Shown: positions 24,739-32,987 of the stretch, in pieces
How positions within the stretch are numbered: the first letter of the stretch is position 1
Layout: every line of letters begins with the position of its first letter
Assembly: GCA_963517315.1 (NCBI GenBank)
Contig: CAUQEF010000008.1
Span: 11,454 to 75,453, forward strand
Origin: an uncultured Prevotellaceae bacterium
GTDB taxonomy: Bacteria > Bacteroidota > Bacteroidia > Bacteroidales > Bacteroidaceae
Reading direction: 5' to 3'
DNA length: 64,000 bases
Program-made: the position numbers and the translations under genes
Notes under the pieces: model-generated
What the model was told of the DNA's origin: nothing
The model's input: only the letters and a program-made list of their open reading frames with translations
The model's database searches: none

Positions 24739-24746
24739 CAAAGTTA
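24739..24746 (-). promoter_or_regulatory. -7 element (TAACTTTG) heading the dcw operon
   Basis: Consensus match 28 nt before the rsmH ATG. Confidence 0.7.
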
Positions 24747-25196
24747 GTAATAAATCTGCAGATATTCCCGGCGCTTTGCCGAATTTTGCCCGCCCCCTGC
24801 AACGCCGCTTCAGCAATGAGAAGTCAAGTTACTGATTTCAAATCAAGTAGGTTGTGATTTTTTCTGCTCGAAATCCCATTCTTTCAGCCCCTTTGAGGGG
24901 CTGGTTCATATAGAAGAGGAGTCGCGCCGAGTTGTGCCGAAAACGCAGTGCGTTTTGCGTATTCTTTCACCGCATTTTCCACTCGATTTTCCGTTTTTCG
25001 CCCGTCCGAAGGCAGCGCTCGGCTGAGTCGATCGTAGATCTTGCGCCACGGTGGCGAGCAGCACATGGGGAAAGCGAACCGTGCTGCGGTGAGGACGGTA
25101 GCACACCGTCTGCTCGCGTGCGAAAACACAAAAGCGCACCTTGCCGCTTGGGCAAGATGCGCAATGAGAGAGGCGAACGGCGTCGCCGTCGTGCAG

Positions 25197-25943
25197 TTAT
25201 TTTTTACCTTGGTTGGCCACAGCCTCTTGGAGCTTCTTGATTTCTTCGGGATCGCCGAGGAAGTAGTCCTTCACGAGGTTGAGATCATCGTCAAACTCGA
25301 ACACGTAGGGAAGTGCCGTGGGGAGGTTGAGGCTGATGATGTCCTCGTCGCTGATGCCCTTGAGGTGCTTGATCACGCCGCGGAGGCTGTTGCCGTGCGC
25401 CACCACGAGGAGGTCGTCTACCTTCTTGAGAGTGGGGAAGATCACGGCCGTCCAGTAGGGAAGGGTGCGACCGATGCAGTCTTTGAGCGACTCGGTGCGG
25501 GGAAGTTCGGCGTCAGCCACTTCGGCGTAGCGATCTTCGTACTTCGCGTTGCGTTCCTTGTCGTCTTCGGCGATGGGATCGGGGGCGATGTCGAAGCTAC
25601 GACGCCAAACCAACACTTGTTCTTCGCCATACTTGGCAGCCGTCTCGCTCTTGTTGAGGCCTTGGAGCATGCCGTAGTGCTTTTCGTTCAAGCGCCAAGA
25701 CTTCTGCACGGGGATCCAGTCCGCATTCATTGCGTCGATCACGTTGTTGAGGGTCTTGATGGCACGCTTCAGGTAAGAAGTGTAAGCCATACCGAACTTG
25801 AAGCCTTCTTTCTTCAGGAGTTCGCCGGCTTTGCGCGCTTCTTCCATACCCTGTTCGGTAAGGTCTACGTCGGTCCAACCGGTGAAGCGGTTTTCGAGGT
25901 TCCACTGGCTTTGGCCGTGGCGGAGCAAAACGATTCTTTTCAT
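25197..25943 (-). CDS. gpmA: 2,3-bisphosphoglycerate-dependent phosphoglycerate mutase
   Basis: [43 protein letters not shown]; -7 element at 26030-26037. Confidence 0.97.
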   Translation of the reverse strand: MKRIVLLRHGQSQWNLENRFTGWTDVDLTEQGMEEARKAGELLKKEGFKFGMAYTSYLKRAIKTLNNVIDAMNADWIPVQKSWRLNEKHYGMLQGLNKSETAAKYGEEQVLVWRRSFDIAPDPIAEDDKERNAKYEDRYAEVADAELPRTESLKDCIGRTLPYWTAVIFPTLKKVDDLLVVAHGNSLRGVIKHLKGISDEDIISLNLPTALPYVFEFDDDLNLVKDYFLGDPEEIKKLQEAVANQGKK

Positions 25944-26245
25944 TGTGTATGCTGTGATTTGTATAGTGTGATGCAGCGGAAAAGCACCCGGGCGGGTTGC
26001 GCTCGGCCACACTGCGCGCAGGTGCATTGCAAAGTTACGCCACAAGCCCGACATAACCAACCTTTGTCTGCAAAAAAGTCGCGGTGTTTTGCAACCCTCG
26101 CCTCTGTTCATTCGTTGTTTGTGGATGTCAAAACACATCGTGGGAGATATATCGAGAGCGCTTTATTCTTCGGTTCATTTGGTGGAACGCCCGAGAATTT
26201 GCATCTTTGTTGTCTCATCCCAACATCACAATATATATTATCACT

Positions 26246-26713
26246 ATGCAAATCGGAGACAAAGTGCCCGAAGTTCTCGGGCAGGATCAGGAAGGTCGCG
26301 AATGGCGCATGAGCGATTTCTCCGGCCGCAAGGTCATACTTTATTTTTATCCCAAGGATTCCACCCCCGGTTGTACGGCCGAAGCCTGCTCGCTGCGCGA
26401 TCATTTCGGCGAGTTGCAGGCCTTGGGTTACGACATCTTGGGCGTAAGCGCCGATTCGGCCGAGAGCCATCAGAAGTTTGCCGCCGCCCAGTCCTTGCCC
26501 TTCCCCCTCATTGCCGACACCGACAAGCGACTCATCGAAGCCATGGGCGTGTGGGGCGAAAAGAATCGCTACGGCCGCATCACCGTCGGCCTCTTGCGCA
26601 CCACCTTCCTCATCGACGAACAGGGATGTGTGGAGCGCATCTTCACCCCCGGACAGATTCGTACGAAAATCCACGCCGAACAAATCCTGAAAGCCGTCGC
26701 TCCCAAAGACTGA
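26246..26713 (+). CDS. bcp: Thioredoxin-dependent thiol peroxidase (BCP/PrxQ)
   Basis: LYFYPKDSTPGCTAEAC; start trimmed to ATG 26246. Confidence 0.93.
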   Translation: MQIGDKVPEVLGQDQEGREWRMSDFSGRKVILYFYPKDSTPGCTAEACSLRDHFGELQALGYDILGVSADSAESHQKFAAAQSLPFPLIADTDKRLIEAMGVWGEKNRYGRITVGLLRTTFLIDEQGCVERIFTPGQIRTKIHAEQILKAVAPKD

Positions 26714-26771
26714 AGCCGACTTTCTAATCCCGTCCCGCCCTTACCGCAAAGTCTGCGCGTGGGCAGCAGCG

Positions 26772-26818
26772 AAAACCGCCGCACTCGACATCTTCTTCGA
26801 GTGCGGCGGTTCTTGTTT
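26772..26818. terminator. Bidirectional terminator between bcp and DUF1697 gene
   Basis: AACCGCCGCACTCGA / TCGAGTGCGGCGGTT stem with flanking A and T tracts. Confidence 0.85.
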
Positions 26819-26848
26819 ACGGCCGTTTGCTGCGATTGGTGGGTAGCC

Positions 26849-27394
26849 TCATCCTTTTCCCTCCAGGATGTCTGCTATCTTTTCGTAGGTCTTTCCGTTT
26901 CTGATTGTAATGTACTTGTAAAAAACTTGTTTCGTGAGTTGCTTATGGTAGGTCGATTTCAGATATTCAGCTTCATCATATTTTCCCCAAAAGATCGCAT
27001 TCTTGCCCAGATGAACGATTTCATTGTGGAACTCGGATTCGTTGATGAAATCCACAATGGCTGATTTGTCCATGCCATTGGAAACAAAAAGAACATCTTT
27101 TCTTGCCAAGTCTTCTTGCCACCAATCTGGCAATGCAGCTCTTTCTTCTAAATACTCCTCTCTGCTTATCACAGTAAATGGGATAGAGAAATCGTAGTTT
27201 CGGTCTAATAATCGTGCAATCTTCGAGATGCAATTTTCGGGATTGAGTGTACTGCTGAAAAACAAATTTCCGCTATTGATGTAAGAGTCCACTTTTTCAA
27301 ACCCCTCATCCAAAAGTTTTTTCTTCAGCTCACTCATCATCACTTTGTTCTTTCCGCCTACATTGATTCCTCGTAGCAAAAGTACATATACCAT
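26849..27394 (-). CDS. DUF1697 family protein (AT-rich)
   Basis: YVLLLRGINVGGKNKVMM..YINSGNLFF..ITIRNGKT; ORF is open to 27427. Confidence 0.9.
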   Translation of the reverse strand: MVYVLLLRGINVGGKNKVMMSELKKKLLDEGFEKVDSYINSGNLFFSSTLNPENCISKIARLLDRNYDFSIPFTVISREEYLEERAALPDWWQEDLARKDVLFVSNGMDKSAIVDFINESEFHNEIVHLGKNAIFWGKYDEAEYLKSTYHKQLTKQVFYKYITIRNGKTYEKIADILEGKG

Positions 27395-27586
27395 ATCGCT
27401 TATCTTCTTAAAAAACTCACGGCTCATTTTAGGTTGAGCCTTCTATTCACCCATTGTCGCAAACGACGAAAAACGCAGCTCGATTCTTTGCCCTTGACTT
27501 TCTCGTCATGCCAACGGCGGTGCGCCACGCCGGCACCGTCGTCCCCGTTTTCGCACTAATGACCGACCACTGAGGGCAGGCCGTCA

Positions 27587-28252
27587 TTACTTTTCGGAGC
27601 CCGCCACGGTGGAGTCGCGCAAAACCAGTCGACTTTCGGGGCCGAGGTTGAAGAGCAAGTCCACAATGCTCAGGTTCGGCAGAAAGCCGTTGCGGTCGGC
27701 AAACACCTGATAGTAAGGCACCGGGCGAAACGTGGGGTCGAAATCCGGTGACACCTTGGGACGAATCTTTTCGCGCCAATCCATGCAGCCGGGCATTGCT
27801 TCCGCGAGCAGATACTCCCCCTCGTTGGCGCTCCATTGCGGCTCGATGTCGAGCAGACGCAGCACCAATCGCTGGAAAGCCGCGTTGAAATCAACCAATC
27901 GGTCGAAGGGCGTGCGATAGATTTCGGCAAACTCGTCCACGTAATACTCGAAATACGGCGTGCGGTCGTAGGCCGCCGTCAGCGCGTTGAGGTGCATCTC
28001 GCGCCAGCGTCCGTGTTCCGAAAGGCGCATCTCGCGCATCGGCGTCTTCGAGTCGCCGCCCTCGCTTTTGCTGCGCCCCTGCACCGGCACGGTGAGCGCC
28101 AGCACGCCGTCGGCCGTGGCGATCAGGCAGCGGTTGCGATAGGTCTGCTTCACATAGTGGTCGCAACGCTCCTCGATCACGGGGCAACCGGCGAAGAGCT
28201 TCGTATAATAATGTATAGGCCCGAGATAGGCCGAAGAAAGGAGATGAATCAT
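27587..28252 (-). CDS. WbqC family protein
   Basis: LLSSAYLGPIHYY, KQTYRNRCLI, TPYFEYY, YYQVF..FLPNLSIVDLLFNLGPE. Confidence 0.9.
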   Translation of the reverse strand: MIHLLSSAYLGPIHYYTKLFAGCPVIEERCDHYVKQTYRNRCLIATADGVLALTVPVQGRSKSEGGDSKTPMREMRLSEHGRWREMHLNALTAAYDRTPYFEYYVDEFAEIYRTPFDRLVDFNAAFQRLVLRLLDIEPQWSANEGEYLLAEAMPGCMDWREKIRPKVSPDFDPTFRPVPYYQVFADRNGFLPNLSIVDLLFNLGPESRLVLRDSTVAGSEK

Positions 28253-28403
28253 CGTGCGAAAGGGGGAAAGAAGGCGCAGCCCGCGGGCGCAGTCGGCCAA
28301 AAACGGCCGCCGCCGCTCGGCACGTGGCGGAGCTGCGGCGGCGGAGAGGGAGCAGTGCGGCGACAATCTGTGGAGACAGGCGCAAAGCCCACCGAGTATC
28401 GGT

Positions 28404-29834
28404 TTATTGGATGTCGGCCACCCACTTAAAGAAGCGGTTCCAACGAATTTTGCCGTCCATCAGACCGTAGTCTTTGTCGAGCGAAATCCACACCATCAGC
28501 GGTTTGCCCACAATGTGGTCTTCGGGCACAAAACCCCAGAAGCGCGAGTCGGCCGAGTTGTCGCGGTTGTCGCCCATCATCCAATAGTAATCCATCTTGA
28601 AGGTGTAACTCTTGGCAGGGCGGCCGTTGATCAGGATTTGGTTGCCGCGCACCTCGAGGCGGTTGTTCTCATAGACCGCGATGCAGCGTTCATACATCGG
28701 CAGGTTAGCCAAGGTGAGCTGCACCGTGGCGCCGCGTTGCGGAATCCACAAGGGGCCGTAGTCCGATACGGTCCATTTCTTCGCCAGGTTGAGGGGGAAG
28801 AGCCATTGGTCGAAGCTCGGTGCTTTCATCGGCTTGTCGCAGAAGTCGGGCATGCGCTCCAATTTGCGACGCAAGTCTTCGGTCAGCGGCATGGTCACCG
28901 TGCCGGCCTCGTTGCGCTCGAGATCCTCGGCCGTAATGCCGTTTTCTTTGCAGAAATCGGGCGTCAGCGGGCGGTTGAAGTGCACGAGATAGTTGAACTG
29001 CACGTCTTTCGGTTGCGGTTGGGCGCGGCCGTCGAGATAGATCACGTTGTTTTTGATCTGCAACGTCTGTCCCGGGCCGCCGACGCAGCGTTTCACATAA
29101 TTCTCGCGGCGGTCGACCGGCCGGGTGAGGATGCCGCCCACCTCCGGTCGGGTGTGGAGCAAGTTGCGCCCCACGGTATAGATCTTTTCGTAGGCCACGC
29201 GCTGCAAAGCGGGCGAAAGCGTGTCGACCGGCTCAGTCACGCCGAGCGCCTGCGCACCGGTGGAGTAGACCAACTGGTAGTAATCCTGTGCTTGGAAGTT
29301 GTTGGCCACCGTATCGCCCGAGGGGTAGTTGAACACCACAATGTCTCCGGGCTTCACTTGCCCGAATCCTTTCACACGACGGTAGTCCCACTTCGGCCAT
29401 TCGACGTAGCTCTTGCCGCCGCCCAACCACAGGGGCAGATTGTGCTGGGTGAGGGGCATGGTCAACGGCGTTTGCGGAATACGCGGCCCGTAGCTCAGTT
29501 TCGACACCAGCAGATAGTCGCCCGTCAAGAGCGTTTTCTCCAAAGACGAGGAGGGGATGACGAAATTCTGGAAGAAGTAGAGGTTGATGAAGTAGATGGC
29601 CACCAAAGCAAAGACAATGGCATCGACCCAGCCCATGATGAGGCGCACCACGCTGCTGTTCGAATTGCGCCACCAATACCAGTTGATGAAACGCGTGGTG
29701 TAGAAATCGATGATGAAGGGCACGAGCAACAAGCCCCACCACGATTCCACCCAATAGAGGAAGAGCAGATAGAGCGAGAGGACAATGCCGAGCGTGATCC
29801 ACTGTCGAGTGGTGATTTTGGCCTTGTTATCCAT
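28404..29834 (-). CDS. lepB: Signal peptidase I
   Basis: FVIPSSSLEKTLLTGD, NYVKRCVG, MMGDNRDNSADSRFWGFVP. Confidence 0.95.
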   Translation of the reverse strand: MDNKAKITTRQWITLGIVLSLYLLFLYWVESWWGLLLVPFIIDFYTTRFINWYWWRNSNSSVVRLIMGWVDAIVFALVAIYFINLYFFQNFVIPSSSLEKTLLTGDYLLVSKLSYGPRIPQTPLTMPLTQHNLPLWLGGGKSYVEWPKWDYRRVKGFGQVKPGDIVVFNYPSGDTVANNFQAQDYYQLVYSTGAQALGVTEPVDTLSPALQRVAYEKIYTVGRNLLHTRPEVGGILTRPVDRRENYVKRCVGGPGQTLQIKNNVIYLDGRAQPQPKDVQFNYLVHFNRPLTPDFCKENGITAEDLERNEAGTVTMPLTEDLRRKLERMPDFCDKPMKAPSFDQWLFPLNLAKKWTVSDYGPLWIPQRGATVQLTLANLPMYERCIAVYENNRLEVRGNQILINGRPAKSYTFKMDYYWMMGDNRDNSADSRFWGFVPEDHIVGKPLMVWISLDKDYGLMDGKIRWNRFFKWVADIQ

Positions 29835-29981
29835 AAGTTTTGATCGGTAAGTTCAGGTTTCGGTGCGCGCCGTTTCGTGGCCGGGTGTTCGCCCTTCGGC
29901 GGTTGTTCGGTGCCGGCGCGTTCCGCCCTCGCGCAGTGTGCCGTCACACCGCGTTCGGTCGGCCGAAAAGAGAGTCGTTGG

Positions 29982-30737
29982 TTAGAAATCGAAAAGGTCG
30001 TCGGTCGAAAGCAGACCGGTGTGCTTCGCCGTATATTCGGCCGCGAGCACCGCCCCGAGGGCAAACCCGCGACGCGAGTGGGCATCGTGGGTGATGGTGA
30101 TGCTGTCGGCCTCCGAAGTGTAGGTCACCGTGTGGATGCCCGGCACCTCGTCGCGGCGCACTGCGTCGATGCGCAGTGTGTCGGCCGTGTTGTCGCGACT
30201 GCCCGTGATGGAGCCGTCGGCTTCGTGCACCTCGCCTTTCACCCACGCCGTTTTCCGATCCAATCGTTCCACGATTTGCTCGGCCAGCGTGATGGCCGTG
30301 CCCGAAGGCGCGTCGAGTTTGTGCACATGGTGCGTCTCTTCCATCGAAACCTCGTAGTCGGGATAGGCATTCATGATCTGTGCCAAGTATTTGTTCACGG
30401 CCGAGAAGATGGCCACGCCGAGCGAGAAGTTCGATGCCCAAAAGAGCGTGTGCCCCTCGACGGTGCAAGCGTGGCGCACGTCGGCTTCGTGCTGTGCGAG
30501 CCAACCGGTCGATCCGCTCACGACCTTCACGCCCTGTGCCCAGGCTTGTCGGTAGTTGTCGTAGGCCGAGGTGGGAGTCGTAAATTCGATGGCCACCTCT
30601 GCCGAGCGGAAAGCGTCGGTGTCAAAGTCGGCGCGGTTGTCGACATCGATGATGGCCACGATCTCGTGCCCGCGCGATTGGGCGATGGATTCGATCATTT
30701 TGCCCATCTTGCCGTATCCGATGAGTGCTATTTTCAT
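29982..30737 (-). CDS. dapB: 4-hydroxy-tetrahydrodipicolinate reductase
   Basis: IGYGKMG, ETHHVHKLDAPSGTA; -7 element at 30760-30767. Confidence 0.96.
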   Translation of the reverse strand: MKIALIGYGKMGKMIESIAQSRGHEIVAIIDVDNRADFDTDAFRSAEVAIEFTTPTSAYDNYRQAWAQGVKVVSGSTGWLAQHEADVRHACTVEGHTLFWASNFSLGVAIFSAVNKYLAQIMNAYPDYEVSMEETHHVHKLDAPSGTAITLAEQIVERLDRKTAWVKGEVHEADGSITGSRDNTADTLRIDAVRRDEVPGIHTVTYTSEADSITITHDAHSRRGFALGAVLAAEYTAKHTGLLSTDDLFDF

Positions 30738-30832
30738 AAGAAAGGAGTTTACTGATGAGCAAATTTACACGTTTATCGGCGGAAAGACAAACATTTAGGG
30801 GCTTTTCGTCCTTCGCGTCCGCCCCGAAAAAC

Positions 30833-30915
30833 AAAAGCACCGCACGTTTTCGGAAAAACATGCGGTGTTTCTGAGAAAAGTCCCCAACTTTTCGCGAAAA
30901 CCTGCGGACTTTTGC
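30833..30915. repeat. 21-bp-period degenerate palindromic array
   Basis: Half-sites at 30845, 30866, 30887, 30908. Confidence 0.85.
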
Positions 30916-31048
30916 CGGCAAGCAGCGCGCCGTGGCGGCACACCACCGATGAATCAGGCTGTTTTGCGGAACTTTCCGACAAATCGAACGGTTTTATTGG
31001 GGAAGAAGGGGGAGGGCAAAGTATGCAGTGGCGCAGTCCAAAAGAAAA

Positions 31049-32080
31049 TCAGAACCAGAGCGCGCCGCTCTCCTTGTCCACTTCGCCGAGAATGTGGGCG
31101 AACCAGTCGGTCGTGGCCAGTTCTTCGGAGATGCCGTAGGCGCGAGCGGTGGAAAGCACCAAGCGCTGTTCGGTCGGGCGGAGTTTCGCGTAGGGCACTG
31201 CGTCGAGGGTTTCCCATTCGCCCGTCTCTTCGCGCGAGGCGTAGACCACAAACGGCACGCGGAGCACCACTTCGCGGTGAGCTGTGGCCAACTGTCCGGC
31301 CGTGGGGGCGAAGAAGGGCGAGGGTTTGCCGCCGGGGAATTTCGCATCGCCGTCGAAGTGGAAGAGCGTCACGGTGAGGACGAACGATTTGCGCGGCTTC
31401 TTAAACTGGAAGAAGCCCTTCATGCCGATGGGGTTGAGCGGTTCGAAAATGTTGCCGAGGGCATTTTGTCCCGTCACCTTCGATCCGACGAGTTGCGCTG
31501 CGGGAATCGTTTTGCCCGTAGCCTTGTCGGTGGTCGATTTGAGGATACCGTCGGTGGGATTGGTGTCCATGTAGACATAGTTGAGGAGCGAATCGGCGAT
31601 TTGATCGTCTTTTTCGACGGTTCCATCGAAGGTGGGCTTCACATCGGCCGGCACAAAAAAGTGCTGGTGCGTGCGGCTTTCGCCGTTGGCTGCGATGGTG
31701 GCGGTGATGTCTTGGCCTTTCGCATCGTAATACTTGATCCAAAGGCCGTAGGGATAGAGGTATTGCCTGGAACTCAGCACGCGGAAGGCTTCGGCACTGC
31801 CTTTTTCGAGTTCCCACGCGTCGCCTTTTCGCACAAAGGTGAGGTGCTGCACGGCTTTCTTGTAAGTGATGCCTTTCGCGTCGGCGTCTTGGTGGAAAGC
31901 CACGCCGTGAAAGTGCCCGCCGGCCAAGGTGAGTTCGGCGCGCACGGGCTCCACTTCTGCGCCGGTGTGGGTTTCGGGCGCGGGTTTCGGAGTCGGATTT
32001 TCGTTGTTGTCCTTTTGGCAAGCGCCGAAGGCGAAAGCGGTGGCGGCGAGCAGGAGCACGCCAAAGATTTTACGAATCAT
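31049..32080 (-). CDS. His-motif lipoprotein associated with TonB-dependent receptor
   Basis: Lipobox FGAC followed by QKDNNE; GHFHGVAFH and HQHFF motifs. Confidence 0.85.
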   Translation of the reverse strand: MIRKIFGVLLLAATAFAFGACQKDNNENPTPKPAPETHTGAEVEPVRAELTLAGGHFHGVAFHQDADAKGITYKKAVQHLTFVRKGDAWELEKGSAEAFRVLSSRQYLYPYGLWIKYYDAKGQDITATIAANGESRTHQHFFVPADVKPTFDGTVEKDDQIADSLLNYVYMDTNPTDGILKSTTDKATGKTIPAAQLVGSKVTGQNALGNIFEPLNPIGMKGFFQFKKPRKSFVLTVTLFHFDGDAKFPGGKPSPFFAPTAGQLATAHREVVLRVPFVVYASREETGEWETLDAVPYAKLRPTEQRLVLSTARAYGISEELATTDWFAHILGEVDKESGALWF

Positions 32081-32164
32081 AGGGCTGAAAATTGAGATGA
32101 AGGATTAGCGTTGTGGTGAGGATACGCGCGATGAAGTCGGGATTTCGGCGCGTGAGTGTAGGTT

Positions 32165-32917
32165 TTATCGGCTTTTCACGGGAAAGCGCATGGCGATGTC
32201 CCACGCGTCTTCTTGCAACTGCCCGGGGGTGGGCGCATAGAAGGGCGAAAGGCTGTGATTGCGCTTGCTGAACTTAGAAACGCGGGCGTGCATCAGGCGA
32301 ATGTAGATGTGCAGGTCGCGTGCCTCCTTGAATTGGAAAATGCCCTTGAAGCCTATCGGGTTGACGTCGCCCGTCAGTTTCGTGCCGGGGGTGGAAAGTT
32401 CGTTATACCACGGGGTGGTGTCGGCATAGGTGTAGTGGTAGACACGATCGCTGCGCTGTTCGTCCGGGCGGGCGACGCTGTCGGGCGTGAAGACGGCATC
32501 GGGGATGAAAAAGTGCTGGTGAATTTTGTCTTGTCCGTTGTCGATGAATTGGCGGGTGATGTCTTCGCCCGCGAGATCGAAGTAGCGGATGCGCAACTCG
32601 TAGGCATGTTGCGTGCCTTCGGCGCGGCGCACTTGGAAACCCGCAGGCGTGCCGGCCAAGGGCGCCCAACCCAATTCGGGTTGCAGGGCATAGGTGATGG
32701 TCTGTTCGCGCGTGTCGGCCGTTTCGCCCGCATCGGGGGTGAAAATCGTGCCGTCCCACGCGCCGTGGCGCAGGGTGAGTTCTACGCGAGTGGGGTCGCC
32801 GTGGTCTTTGCTGCGGCGTTCGTCCATGGGCGCTTCGGGTTCGAGCGAACAAGCCGCGGGGAGCAGCGCAGTGCAGCCGAGGAGGAGGGAAAAGAGGAGG
32901 GAAAGATGGATTCGCAT
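32165..32917 (-). CDS. His-motif lipoprotein, paralog of 31049-32080
   Basis: Lipobox PAAC; HQHFF, YxYxDTxP, NPIGxKGxFQFK, SPFxAPTxGQL shared with its neighbour. Confidence 0.85.
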   Translation of the reverse strand: MRIHLSLLFSLLLGCTALLPAACSLEPEAPMDERRSKDHGDPTRVELTLRHGAWDGTIFTPDAGETADTREQTITYALQPELGWAPLAGTPAGFQVRRAEGTQHAYELRIRYFDLAGEDITRQFIDNGQDKIHQHFFIPDAVFTPDSVARPDEQRSDRVYHYTYADTTPWYNELSTPGTKLTGDVNPIGFKGIFQFKEARDLHIYIRLMHARVSKFSKRNHSLSPFYAPTPGQLQEDAWDIAMRFPVKSR

Positions 32918-32987
32918 AGCGCAAAATATTCGATGAAGGGGTGGTTTTTAGACGCAAGTTCGCGCAAATAAGAGGTCAGCGCGGGAC

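Noticed and set aside
26225..26245. ACAATATATATTAT as a dif site
   Set aside because: Lacks the XerD arm (TTATGTTAAA); better explained as the AT-rich translation-initiation region of bcp
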